DNA of 64,000 nt, from the NCBI GenBank assembly GCA_963831155.1, contig CAWHOY010000008.1:252281-316280 (forward strand), read 5' to 3'. Source of the DNA: an uncultured Acidimicrobiaceae bacterium (GTDB lineage Bacteria; Actinomycetota; Acidimicrobiia; Acidimicrobiales; Bog-793). The notes beneath the pieces are model-generated. The model saw nothing but the letters and a program-made list of their open reading frames with translations, made no database searches and was not told the origin of the DNA. Position 1 is the first letter of the stretch. Every line of letters begins with the position of its first letter. Shown here piece by piece: positions 47,025-56,160 of this stretch. The translations under genes were made by a program, and so were the position numbers.

Positions 47025-47227
47025 GAGTCCTCCCTGTCATCGGGGTGGCCGTCACGACAGTAGCGAGTCGGCGCAGCCGTGATCTGAGTGCATCAGCCCG
47101 GTTTGACATTGGTGAGAAGAGCGACCGAGCGGAGGGTGTTCACTTCGCCAATGACGTCGCTCCGCCTACGATCCCCCCGGCCGATGGCGGCTCGATCTGG
47201 TGAATCCGGCCGAGCGAAGGGATCTCC

Positions 47228-48175
47228 GTGCACCACGCGATCTACCACATGAACTTCTTTCAAGCCGTGGTCATCGGGCTGATCCAGGGTCTCACCGAAC
47301 TGTTCCCGATTTCGAGCCTCGGTCACACAGTCTTGATCCCGACGTGGATCGGTGGAACCTGGGCGACGCTCGTCCGGCAGGAGTCCGAGGCCGAGAGCCC
47401 GTATCTCGCCTTCGTCGTCGGCCTTCACCTCGCGACGGCGATCGTCCTTCTGGGCTTTTACGTCCGCGAGTGGGGTCGTTTGATCGTCGGCTGGTTCCGT
47501 TCGCTCGGCCGGCGTCGCGTCATCTCGGACGAGGAGCGTCTCGCCTGGCTGATCGTTATCGCAACCGTTCCGGTCGGGGCGATCGGCATCGCCTTCGAGC
47601 ACCAGTTCCGGGTGCTCTTCGCGAAGCCGGTGGCCGCGGCCGCGTTCTTGATGGTGAACGGCGTCATCCTTTTTGCTGGCGATTGGCAGAGGCGACGCCG
47701 TGGTGTGGAGGGGGTTCCGACGATCTCTCCGGGCGGGGAACGGCTCGGCGACAGGCGAATTGTGCCGATGGACGCCGCCGCCGAACGCGAACTCTCGCGC
47801 ATCGGATTCGTCTCGGCCGCCGTGATCGGTGCGTCTCAGGCGCTTGCATTGCTCGCCGGAATCAGCCGAGAAGGCGTCGCGATGGTCGGCGGCCTGTTCC
47901 GCGGTCTCAACAACGAGAACGCGATGCGCTTCGCGTTCCTTTTGTCGACGCCGGTGATCTTTTCTGCGGGGATATTGAAAATCCCGGACCTGATGGGATC
48001 GCCCGGGGACGGGATCCGCTACCAGGTGCTCGCGGGTTCGGCCGCCGCCGCAGCGACGTCGCTCTTTGCCGTCATATTCCTGTCGCGCTATTTCAAGACG
48101 CGCACGCTCTTGCCGTTCGCCGTGTATTCATTGCTTTTCGGCTTCGCGTCGGTGATCCGATTCGGCGTGTTCTGA
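47228..48175 (+). CDS. uppP: undecaprenyl-diphosphate phosphatase
   Basis: VIGLIQGLTELFPISSLGH.., multi-TM. The start is GTG 47228 or ATG 47249. Confidence 0.9.
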   Translation: MHHAIYHMNFFQAVVIGLIQGLTELFPISSLGHTVLIPTWIGGTWATLVRQESEAESPYLAFVVGLHLATAIVLLGFYVREWGRLIVGWFRSLGRRRVISDEERLAWLIVIATVPVGAIGIAFEHQFRVLFAKPVAAAAFLMVNGVILFAGDWQRRRRGVEGVPTISPGGERLGDRRIVPMDAAAERELSRIGFVSAAVIGASQALALLAGISREGVAMVGGLFRGLNNENAMRFAFLLSTPVIFSAGILKIPDLMGSPGDGIRYQVLAGSAAAAATSLFAVIFLSRYFKTRTLLPFAVYSLLFGFASVIRFGVF

Positions 48176-48193
48176 CAAGGCGACCGTTTCTTG

Positions 48194-48559
48194 TCAGCGG
48201 TCGGTCGCGCTATGTTCCTCATTTTCCCGGTCGTCGGCGCGCAACGAGGCGAGATAGGCGTTGTACTGCGCAAGCGCGGCGTCGTCCGATTCGTCGTCCT
48301 CGTCATGGTGGTGGTGTCGCCGGATCCATGAAGGAGCGCGCCGAACGACCCCGAGGGCGGTCGAGTCGTCGTCGTGGATGAGCTGCCACCACACGAAGAC
48401 GGCGTATCCGGCGAAAAACGGCCATTCGAAGGTATAGGCCCAGCTCAAGGCGTTGCCCCCGAGGGCACGGTGCAGCTGCCACCAGCCGAGCGCGAGGAAG
48501 CCGGGGAACGTCACCGCGAGGGTGAAGTGGAGACCGATCGCTCGCTTCGTCCACCACAT
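48194..48559 (-). CDS. membrane protein with Trp-rich TM pair and His/Asp/Glu-rich tail
   Basis: MWWTKRAIGLHFTLAVTFPGFLALGWWQL..FFAGYAVFVWWQLIHDDD..RRHHHHDEDDESDD. The start is taken at ATG 48559. Confidence 0.6.
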   Translation of the reverse strand: MWWTKRAIGLHFTLAVTFPGFLALGWWQLHRALGGNALSWAYTFEWPFFAGYAVFVWWQLIHDDDSTALGVVRRAPSWIRRHHHHDEDDESDDAALAQYNAYLASLRADDRENEEHSATDR

Positions 48560-48593
48560 CGTCCGCGCGCGTCGGGCGCGGACGAGCGGGGTT

Positions 48594-49364
48594 TCAGCGG
48601 GAGATGACGACGCGGAAGGTCTCGGCAAGACGTCCATTATCGAGCCCCATCTGCTGCGCGTTCCGCTCCAGTCGAGAACGAACCATGCCGGCGAGGTCCT
48701 CGGTATGGCCGACTTGGCTCGCGTGGCATTTCAGCGCGGCAATCTTGCGATCGAACGCGTCGGTGACGTCGACCGCGACGTTCGGGTCTCGGTGGCCCAC
48801 GACCCACAATTCGCGCACCGTGAACGGCTCGAGTCCTTCGTCGAGTAGTTCGGGGTGGGCGAAGGCGTTGCGGGCGTCGGGATAAACGGCGCGGACCGCC
48901 GCTTCTCCGGTCGCGAGGTGGTCGGGGTGACTGGCGGCGAGAAAGTCCCATCGGCGTTCGGGGGACTGGGAGACGACTCGATCGGGCCGGAAGCGCCGGA
49001 TCGCTCGACTGATGTCCCGCCGGAGTTCGCGCGTCGTTTCGACCTGACCGTCGGGATAGCCGAGGAATTCGACGAGATCGACGCCGAGGGATTTCGCCGC
49101 CGCCGTCTGTTCCTCGCGGCGTGTCGCGGCCAACTCCCGGCGGTCGATATTCGGGTCTTGCGAGCCGGCATCCCCGTCGGTGACGACGAGGTAGGCGACT
49201 TCCAGGCCGGCGTCGGTCCATACCGAGACCGTCGCGCCCGCACCGAACTCGGCGTCGTCGGGGTGTGCCGCGACGAGGAGCACCCGCTCGACCCCGCGGG
49301 TGTGCTCCTCGAGCGCGATCGCTCCCTCCGGGGTGCTCATTGGCCTGATCCAATCGTTCGACAC
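48594..49364 (-). CDS. PIG-L/LmbE-family deacetylase (possibly mycothiol-pathway MshB/Mca-like)
   Basis: VLLVAAHPDDAEFGAGATV..VVTDGDAG..HPDH. The specific substrate cannot be assigned by eye. Confidence 0.8.
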   Translation of the reverse strand: MSNDWIRPMSTPEGAIALEEHTRGVERVLLVAAHPDDAEFGAGATVSVWTDAGLEVAYLVVTDGDAGSQDPNIDRRELAATRREEQTAAAKSLGVDLVEFLGYPDGQVETTRELRRDISRAIRRFRPDRVVSQSPERRWDFLAASHPDHLATGEAAVRAVYPDARNAFAHPELLDEGLEPFTVRELWVVGHRDPNVAVDVTDAFDRKIAALKCHASQVGHTEDLAGMVRSRLERNAQQMGLDNGRLAETFRVVISR

Positions 49365-49511
49365 GTACTCGAGCCCTTCTTATGTCGGCACAACGGCGCC
49401 GACATCGATGGCGGGGATCCGCGGATTCGCACTATGTCGTCGGTACGCTGCGCGTCGTGCACAGCTTCGATCGGGCGTCATTCGCGACGCCAATGAGATT
49501 TGGAGGTCGCG

Positions 49512-49751
49512 ATGGACGGGAATTTTGACGGGAGCCAGATCCGATCCCAGGCGATCGCCGATACCGACCACACGCTCGCCGAGGCGCACGCGCTCTTGGA
49601 GCGCGCCGAGGCCGAACTGCGCGAGATCGAGCTCGCGATCAGCCGCTTCGGATTGGGGGCCGAACCGCGATGCGAAGAGTGCGGCGCACCCCTCGAAGGG
49701 GACGAGGACGGGCCAGCACCGCGCTGCGCGGAGCACGCGTCGGCGACCTGA
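49512..49751 (+). CDS. small coiled-coil protein with a degenerate DksA/TraR-like zinc-ribbon end
   Basis: GGAGG lies 5 nt before ATG 49512. The C-terminus is ..RCEECGAPLEGDEDGPAPRCAEH. Confidence 0.45.
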   Translation: MDGNFDGSQIRSQAIADTDHTLAEAHALLERAEAELREIELAISRFGLGAEPRCEECGAPLEGDEDGPAPRCAEHASAT

Positions 49752-49783
49752 GCGCAGAGCGTCCCCTGTCGCGAGGTCGGTCC

Positions 49784-50203
49784 TCAGGCCTTTTTCGTCT
49801 CCTTGAAAATCCGGTCGATCTCAGCGATGCCGCTGAGCAGCTGGTCGGCGACCGCGGTGTCCGTCGTCTTCTTCGACTCGCCCGCCGCCTTCGTCGTCAT
49901 CCAGAACAGCTCGTGCAGCTCGGGGAACTTCTGGACGTGCTCCGGCTTGAAGTAGTCGGTCCACAGAACCCACAGGTGGTGCTTGACGAGCTCGGCGCGC
50001 TCTTCTTTGATCGTGATCGCGCGCTCTTTGAATTCGTGGTCGTCCGACGCGTTGTGCTTCTCCATGCAGGCTTTCACCGACTCGGCTTCGATGCGAGCCT
50101 GGGCGGGGTCGTAGACGCCGCAGGGCAAGTCGCAGTGCGCGTGTGCCGCACGGGGCGAAGAAGCCCGGTCGGCGAAGGCGAGCAGACGTGACGTGAGGGT
50201 CAT
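49784..50203 (-). CDS. sodN: nickel superoxide dismutase precursor
   Basis: Ni-hook HCDLPCGVYDP preceded by the 22-aa pro-peptide MTLTSRLLAFADRASSPRAAHA. GAAGGAG lies 7 nt before ATG 50203. Confidence 0.93.
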   Translation of the reverse strand: MTLTSRLLAFADRASSPRAAHAHCDLPCGVYDPAQARIEAESVKACMEKHNASDDHEFKERAITIKEERAELVKHHLWVLWTDYFKPEHVQKFPELHELFWMTTKAAGESKKTTDTAVADQLLSGIAEIDRIFKETKKA

Positions 50204-50366
50204 TGCACGGCTCCTTCGATCGCTCGATGTACGCGGCGCGCATTTCCAGCCCGAAACAGCTTCGGCGCGCAACCGATTCCACCTTAGCGAGCAGGTTGGA
50301 GAGTCCTCTATCCAGCGCAGTCCGATCGCTGCGCTCGCTCGTTGGCTGCGCGTCCCGGCGCGCGTC

Positions 50367-50660
50367 GTGATCTCGGGACCGAGCATGTTGCCCACGCTTG
50401 CACCGGGCGACCACTTGCTCGTCCGCCGGACCCGCCGTGCCCACGCCGACGACCTCGTCGTCTTTTTCGATCCCGGGGTTCCGAGCCGCCTCGTCGTAAA
50501 ACGCGTCGTCGCGGCGCACCGCGATGGTCTCGAGGTGGTCGGCGACAATCAAGGTGCGAGTCGGGACAGCAAGGACTTCGGCCTCGTGCCTTTCGAGCTC
50601 CTGCTCGGCGTGGCGTGGTACCGGTACGCGCCGGCGAGGGGCGCTGGCCGGATTCGCTGA
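50367..50660 (+). CDS. sodX: Ni-SOD maturation protease (S26 signal-peptidase family)
   Basis: GPSMLPTL (Ser) and VVKRVVA (Lys). The ORF is open from 50193, but that start would overlap the divergent sodN start. The only conventional internal start is GTG 50367. Confidence 0.75.
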   Translation: MISGPSMLPTLAPGDHLLVRRTRRAHADDLVVFFDPGVPSRLVVKRVVAAHRDGLEVVGDNQGASRDSKDFGLVPFELLLGVAWYRYAPARGAGRIR

Positions 50661-50707
50661 GCGGAAGCCGAGGCCAGGATGTTGTGCCGCCGATAGCCTC
50701 GGCGGAC

Positions 50708-51964
50708 ATGCCACGGCTCGCGGTGCTGTCGATGCACACCTCGCCGCTCGCTCAGCCCGGAACAGGCGACGGCGGGGGAATGAACGTCTACGTGCGCGAG
50801 CTCTCCTCGTCGCTCGCTCGTGCCGGCATCGCTTGTGACGTCTACACGCGCGCTGATTCGCAGGAGTTCGCACCGATCGTCGAGGTCGAGCCCGGACTGG
50901 TCGTTCACCAGGTCGAAGCGGGACCGCTCGAACCGGTCGAGAAAAGCGCCTTGTTTGAGTTCACAGGAACCTTCTCCGCTGCCGTCGCGGAGCGCATCGA
51001 CGCGATGGGTGCGATCGGAGTTCCGCGACCTGACGCGATCCATGCGAACTACTGGCTGTCCGGAATCGCCGGTCACACGCTCAAGCATGAGCTCGGCATC
51101 CCGCTCGTCTCGACGTTCCACACCCTCGATCGAGTGAAGGCAGAGGCGAGTCCCGAAGAGTTCGATCCGCTCGAACCGGAACGCCGCTCCCGTGCGGAGG
51201 CGCAGGTCATTGACTGTTCCGATGCGGTTCTCGCCTCGTGCGCGGTCGAGGTCGATCAGCTCGTCGATCTTTACGACGCCGATCCCTCTCGTGTCGAGAT
51301 CGTCGCGCCCGGTGTCGATCACGCGTTCTTCTCTCCCGGCGATCAGGCCCAGGCGCGGCGCGCGCTGGCACTGCCGATCGACGATCGGCTAGTGCTCTTT
51401 GTCGGGCGATTGCAGCCGCTGAAGGCGGCCGGTGTTGCGCTCGACCTCGTCGCGGCGATCGTCGGGCGCGGAGAAGTCGACGCGCGATTGGTGGTCGTCG
51501 GCGGACCGAGCGGTCCGCGGGGGGAAGAAGAGGTCTTCGGACTGCACAAACACGTCGCGGAACTCGGGATCGCGGACCGTGTCGCCTTCGTCCCGCCCCA
51601 ACCACATGAGCGGCTCTCGACCTTCTACCGGGCGGCCGACGTCTGCGCCGTCCCGAGCCGGTCGGAGTCGTTCGGACTCGTGGCATTGGAGGCTGCCGCG
51701 TGCGGGATTCCCGTCGTCGCCTCGGCTGTTGGTGGGCTGACGACGGTTGTCGAACATCAATCGACGGGGTTCCTCGTCGAGGGGCGCGACCCGGGGCGCT
51801 TCGCCCGCTACGTCGAACGCCTGCTCATCGACGCCGACCTGCGTCGCTGCTTCGGGGAGGCGGCGGCCAATCGTGCTCGCTCGTACACCTGGCCGATCGC
51901 CGCGGCGCGGCTTCGTCGCATCTACCAGGACCTCACCGCTCGATCACTCGTCGAGTGCCGCTAG
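50708..51964 (+). CDS. mshA: D-inositol-3-phosphate glycosyltransferase (mycothiol biosynthesis)
   Basis: MPRLAVLSMHTSPLAQPGTGDGGGMNVYVRELS.. and a GT4 C-terminus (..ESFGLVALEAAACGIPVVAS..). Confidence 0.88.
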   Translation: MPRLAVLSMHTSPLAQPGTGDGGGMNVYVRELSSSLARAGIACDVYTRADSQEFAPIVEVEPGLVVHQVEAGPLEPVEKSALFEFTGTFSAAVAERIDAMGAIGVPRPDAIHANYWLSGIAGHTLKHELGIPLVSTFHTLDRVKAEASPEEFDPLEPERRSRAEAQVIDCSDAVLASCAVEVDQLVDLYDADPSRVEIVAPGVDHAFFSPGDQAQARRALALPIDDRLVLFVGRLQPLKAAGVALDLVAAIVGRGEVDARLVVVGGPSGPRGEEEVFGLHKHVAELGIADRVAFVPPQPHERLSTFYRAADVCAVPSRSESFGLVALEAAACGIPVVASAVGGLTTVVEHQSTGFLVEGRDPGRFARYVERLLIDADLRRCFGEAAANRARSYTWPIAAARLRRIYQDLTARSLVECR

Positions 51965-52077
51965 CAAACGGCTTTGGCAGTGACCGTAATAGCCAAATCC
52001 TCGTCAACCACGACATCCCCACTTTTCACACGAACCACGCTGGCCTACAGTCGTGCCAGCGGAGAGGGGTGTGAGGC

Positions 52078-52272
52078 TTGGCCGTCCAATACACGAAGTC
52101 GCACTTCCTCACGGTCGGGGAGGTGGCGCAGATGTTGCGCGTCTCCAATATGACCGTGTACCGGCTAATCAACGCGGGTCAGCTGCCGGCCGTGCGGGTC
52201 GGCAAGTCCTACCGCGTTCGCGAGGAGGACCTCGACTCCTACCTCGCCGTCCGTTTCACCGAAGCCGGATAG
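52078..52272 (+). CDS. excisionase/MerR-like helix-turn-helix DNA-binding protein (64 aa)
   Basis: LTVGEVAQMLRVSNMTVYRLINAGQLPAVRVGKSYRVREEDL. TTG start. Confidence 0.7.
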   Translation: MAVQYTKSHFLTVGEVAQMLRVSNMTVYRLINAGQLPAVRVGKSYRVREEDLDSYLAVRFTEAG

Positions 52273-52371
52273 CGACTCCCGAGTTCCCGCCGGGGCCGGC
52301 ACGCTGCCGGGTTCCCGGCCACGTGCACACGCGCCAAAAGACCTTGTCACGGGTGGATTCCGCCGCATAGC

Positions 52372-53064
52372 GTGCGGCCGATGACTGTGACGAACGGGCG
52401 GGCAGACAGCGTCGTCCCGCGCCCGACGGTCTACCGCCTGCCGCGTTATCGCCTGGCGCTCGAAGTGATGGTCGAGCGCGGCGTCGGTCACGTCTCGTCC
52501 GCCGAGCTCGCCGACGTCGTCGGCGTGAATCCCGCCACCTTGCGGCGAGACCTTTCGCGTCTCGGCACCTACGGCACCCGCGGCGCTGGCTACGAGGTGG
52601 CGGTGCTCCTCGGCGAGGTCGACAAGGCGCTCGCCATCGACCGGGACTGGCCGGTCGCGATCGTCGGCGTCGGAAACCTCGGCCGGGCGCTTTCGGGCTC
52701 CGAGGGCTTCGGGTCGCGGGGCTTCCGGGTCGCCGCGCTCTTCGATGTCGACTCGCAGGTCATCGGCACGACGATCAGCGGCGTGAAGGTCGACCACCTG
52801 GAGGCGCTGGAGGAGACGTGCGAGCGAGAGCGGGTCGCGATCGGCGTGATCACGACCCCCGCGTCGGCGGCTCAGTCGGTCTGTGACCGGTTCGTCCACT
52901 CGGGCGTGCAATCGATCCTCAACTTCGCACCCGCGGTGCTCTCCGCGCCGGCGTCGGTCGTCATCCGCCAGGTCGATCTCGCCGCCGAGTTGCAGGTCCT
53001 CGCCTTCTACCGCTCTCGACGGTCTCGGGCGCGCCTGACGAGTACATCGCGCCCGACCCCGTAG
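52372..53064 (+). CDS. rex: redox-sensing transcriptional repressor Rex
   Basis: TVYRLPRYRLALE.. winged helix plus Rossmann VAIVGVGNLGRAL. Confidence 0.9.
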   Translation: MRPMTVTNGRADSVVPRPTVYRLPRYRLALEVMVERGVGHVSSAELADVVGVNPATLRRDLSRLGTYGTRGAGYEVAVLLGEVDKALAIDRDWPVAIVGVGNLGRALSGSEGFGSRGFRVAALFDVDSQVIGTTISGVKVDHLEALEETCERERVAIGVITTPASAAQSVCDRFVHSGVQSILNFAPAVLSAPASVVIRQVDLAAELQVLAFYRSRRSRARLTSTSRPTP

Positions 53065-53117
53065 CATTCGATGTCGGGCCGCCACCTCGCGGCGGCTCGG
53101 CGCCCAAGGAGGTCCGA

Positions 53118-54392
53118 GTGCCGATCGTCGTCGTCAGCTTGCACGAGCGGGACGCTCCGCTCGAGTTGCTCGACCGGCTGGCGATCCCAGACGACGAGGC
53201 GCCGAAGGCGCTGGCGCGTCTTGGCGATAGCCCGCACCTCTCCGAACGCGTCGTGCTGTCGACGTGCATGCGGACCGAGGTCTACGCGGTCGCCGAACGC
53301 TTCCATGACGGCCTCGCCGACATCCACCACTTCTTCGAGGAACGGCTCTCGGACTCGCCGTCGGATCTCCAGGCGCTCGGCGAGGCGCTGTTCGTCGAGT
53401 TCGACGAGCCGGCTGCGCGCCACCTTTTTGAGGTTTCCTCCGGCATCGATTCGCCCATTCTCGGAGAGGGCGAGGTGCTCCGCCAGGTGCGCGCCGCGCA
53501 CGAGCTCGCGCGGCGCGAGGGCGCCACCGGTCCGATTCTCGACGGGCTCTTTCGCCACGCCGCCGAAGTCGGAAAGCGCGCCCGCACAGAGACCGCCATC
53601 GCCCGCGGCACGACATCGCTTGCCCACGTAGCAGTCGAGCTGGCGGCCGAGCACCTCGGTGGCAGCTTCGACGACAAGCGTGTCGTCGTCGTCGGCGCCG
53701 GCGAGATGGGCGAGTCGCTCGTCTCTGCGCTCGCTCCGCTCGTGCAGCGTGCCACGGTCGCCGTCGCCAATCGCAGCCTGGACAAAGCGGTCGAGCTCGG
53801 AAAAAGCCTGCACGGTCGAGGTCTCTCACTCGACGCGCTGAGCTCTGAGCTCGCGGACGCCGACGTCGTCTTCAGCGCGACCGCGGCGACGGACGTGCTG
53901 GCGAGCGCAGACGATGTGCGGCGCGTGCGCACAGGTGGACACCGCCGCCCTCTGCTGATCGTCGACGCCGCTGTTCCGCGGGACTTCGACCCCGGCGTCG
54001 CGCAGCTCCCGGGCGTTTCGCTCCTCGACGTCGACGATCTGCGCGCCTTTGCCGAGCGAGAGATCGCGTCGCGCCGCTCCGAGATCGATCATGTCGTGGA
54101 GATCATCGACGATGAACTCGACCGCTACGCGCTCGACGCTCGCAGTCGCGATGCGGCACCACTCATCACCGCGCTGAGGTCGCGGGCCGAAGAGGTTCGC
54201 GCCGCTGAGCTCGCGCGCGTCGCCGACGCCATGTCGGAGATGACCGAGGTACAGCGCGCGGCCATGGAGCAGATGACGAAGCGGATCGTCGCGAAGCTCG
54301 TCCACGATCCGACCGTCGCGCTGAAACAGCAAGCTGGCACGCCGAAGGGGGAGCGGCTCGCCGAGGCGTTGCGGGCGCTGTTCAGCCTCTGA
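53118..54392 (+). CDS. hemA: glutamyl-tRNA reductase
   Basis: VLSTCMRTEVYA and VVVVGAGEMG. Confidence 0.92.
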   Translation: MPIVVVSLHERDAPLELLDRLAIPDDEAPKALARLGDSPHLSERVVLSTCMRTEVYAVAERFHDGLADIHHFFEERLSDSPSDLQALGEALFVEFDEPAARHLFEVSSGIDSPILGEGEVLRQVRAAHELARREGATGPILDGLFRHAAEVGKRARTETAIARGTTSLAHVAVELAAEHLGGSFDDKRVVVVGAGEMGESLVSALAPLVQRATVAVANRSLDKAVELGKSLHGRGLSLDALSSELADADVVFSATAATDVLASADDVRRVRTGGHRRPLLIVDAAVPRDFDPGVAQLPGVSLLDVDDLRAFAEREIASRRSEIDHVVEIIDDELDRYALDARSRDAAPLITALRSRAEEVRAAELARVADAMSEMTEVQRAAMEQMTKRIVAKLVHDPTVALKQQAGTPKGERLAEALRALFSL

Positions 54393-54427
54393 GTAGGGCC
54401 GCCTCACCCTCGGCGCACGCCGGCCGG

Positions 54428-55339
54428 GTGACGACTCTGCGTCTTGCGACACGCGGCAGTCCCTTAGCGCTCGAACAGGCGCGGCGTGTCGCGGAGCGGC
54501 TCGCACGCCTCGATCCGCCCGTTGGTGCCGAGATCGTCATCACCGAGACGCGGGGAGATCGGGACGCCGATCGGCCGATCCGCGAGCTCGGACGGGACGG
54601 CGTGTTTGCTGCGGAAGTCGAGCGCGCCGTGCTCGAGGGACGGGCGGACGTCGCCGTGCACTCGGCGAAGGACCTCCCGTCCGCGGCACCGCTCGCCGGA
54701 TTGACGCTCGCCGCGACGCCCGAGCGCGTCGACGTCCGCGACGCGCTAGTGGGCGGTGCTCTTGGCGAGCTGCCGCCCGGGGCGCTCATCGCGACGGGCT
54801 CCACGCGCCGACGCGCCCAACTCGCGTGGGCGCGGCCCGATCTCGGATTCATCGAGCTGCGCGGCAATATCGCGAGCCGGCTCTCCAAGGTCCCGAAGAA
54901 CGGCGCGGCGGTCGTTGCGTTCGCGGCGCTCCTACGGCTCGGTCTTGACGCGAAAGCGGACGAGGTGCTTTCGACCGAATTGCTCTTGCCGCAAGTCGGA
55001 CAGGGGGCGCTCGCGTTGCGCTGTCGCGCAGGCGATGCGGCCACCCTGGCGATCTGCGCGGCGATCGACGACACGCCCGTTCATCGTGCGGTCGACGCGG
55101 AACGCGCCTTTCTCGGCCGACTCGGCGGCGGTTGCGACGCGCCAGTCGGGGCGCTCGCGACCTGCCCGGGTTCCGACGCGCCGGTGCGTCTCGAGGCGTT
55201 CGTCGCCCGCGAAGACGGGCACGCGCTCGTGCGCGGGGCGCGCGAGGGAGACGATCCCGTTGTGCTCGGAGAGGCGCTCGCCGACGACCTCCTCGATCAC
55301 CGCGGCGGGCGGGCGCTCATCGAACCTTGGGCGTCATGA
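54428..55339 (+). CDS. hemC: hydroxymethylbilane synthase
   Basis: LRLATRGSPLALEQA and ..GGCDAPVGA.. Confidence 0.92.
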   Translation: MTTLRLATRGSPLALEQARRVAERLARLDPPVGAEIVITETRGDRDADRPIRELGRDGVFAAEVERAVLEGRADVAVHSAKDLPSAAPLAGLTLAATPERVDVRDALVGGALGELPPGALIATGSTRRRAQLAWARPDLGFIELRGNIASRLSKVPKNGAAVVAFAALLRLGLDAKADEVLSTELLLPQVGQGALALRCRAGDAATLAICAAIDDTPVHRAVDAERAFLGRLGGGCDAPVGALATCPGSDAPVRLEAFVAREDGHALVRGAREGDDPVVLGEALADDLLDHRGGRALIEPWAS

Positions 55340-56151
55340 GCGCGTCGGATCCCGCGGAAGTCCCGGGAACTCCCGAGTCGGCGCCGCTTGACGGTTGGTC
55401 GGTCGTCGTCACCCGTCAAGTCCAGCAGGCGGGCACGTTGATCGATGCTCTCGAACATCTCGGCGCGCGCGTGCTCGCGGTGCCGACGATCGCGATCGAG
55501 CAGCCGGACGACGGCGGGGTGCGCTTGCGCGAGGTGGCGAAATACGTGTCCGAATTCGACTGGATCGTCTTCACGTCGGAAAATGCCGTCGATCGGTTGT
55601 TGCACGCGATCGGTGGTACGTGCGACATGGGCGCGGCTCGCGTGGCGGCGATCGGCGAAGGGACCGCCGACGCGCTCTTGCGTCACGGAGTAGTCGCCGA
55701 TCTCGTTCCACAACGGTACGTCGCGGAGGCACTGGTCGACGCCTTCCCCCCGGGCCACCGGAACGGAAGGGTTCTCTTGCCTCGGGCCGCTGCGGCAAGG
55801 GACGTCGTGCCGGCGGGGCTCCGTCGCCTCGGGTGGGAAGTCGAAGTCGTGCAGGCGTACAAGACGATTCCCGTGCATATCGCCGCGGCGGTGCTCGAGC
55901 GCGTGCGATTGGCGGACGCGATCACTTTCACTTCGTCCTCAACCGTTCTTGGCTTTCTTGAACGAGCTGCCGTGTCGGACCTTCCGCCGATCGTCGCCTC
56001 GATCGGCCCGATCACGAGCGCAACGGCGCGGGGAGCGGGCATCGACGTATCGGTTGAATCCGAGGTACACACCGCCGCCGGCCTCGCCGAAGCCCTCGCC
56101 GAGTTCGCGCGCGACGGCCACCCCGCCCGAGCGGGCGAACCGCCGTCGTAG
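55336..56151 (+). CDS. hemD: uroporphyrinogen-III synthase (stand-alone)
   Basis: GWSVVVTRQVQQAGTLIDALEHLGARVLAVPTI.. ATG 55336 overlaps the hemC stop (ATGA). Confidence 0.8.
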   Translation: MSASDPAEVPGTPESAPLDGWSVVVTRQVQQAGTLIDALEHLGARVLAVPTIAIEQPDDGGVRLREVAKYVSEFDWIVFTSENAVDRLLHAIGGTCDMGAARVAAIGEGTADALLRHGVVADLVPQRYVAEALVDAFPPGHRNGRVLLPRAAAARDVVPAGLRRLGWEVEVVQAYKTIPVHIAAAVLERVRLADAITFTSSSTVLGFLERAAVSDLPPIVASIGPITSATARGAGIDVSVESEVHTAAGLAEALAEFARDGHPARAGEPPS

Positions 56152-56160
56152 TCTTTTGAA

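Noticed and set aside
49381-49404. Short palindromes and hairpins in intergenic DNA. Examples: ATGTCGGC-N8-GCCGACAT (49381-49404), CCGAGCGCTCGG (39640-39651), CTCCGCG-N9-CGCGGAG between the G1 peptidase and bS22 genes, and TTCGC-N6-GCGAA upstream of nuoA.
   Set aside because: Stems of 5-8 bp are expected by chance in GC-rich DNA. They have no U-tracts, no repetition and no conserved partner, so they are not reported as features.
51965-52077. Search for Rex operators (TTGTGAA-N4-TTCACAA type) upstream of the HTH gene/rex, hemA and nuoA (59735-59844).
   Set aside because: Only isolated half-site-like strings were seen (TTTTCACA at about 52024, TGTGAA at about 59793), with no partner half-site. 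There is not enough to call a site.
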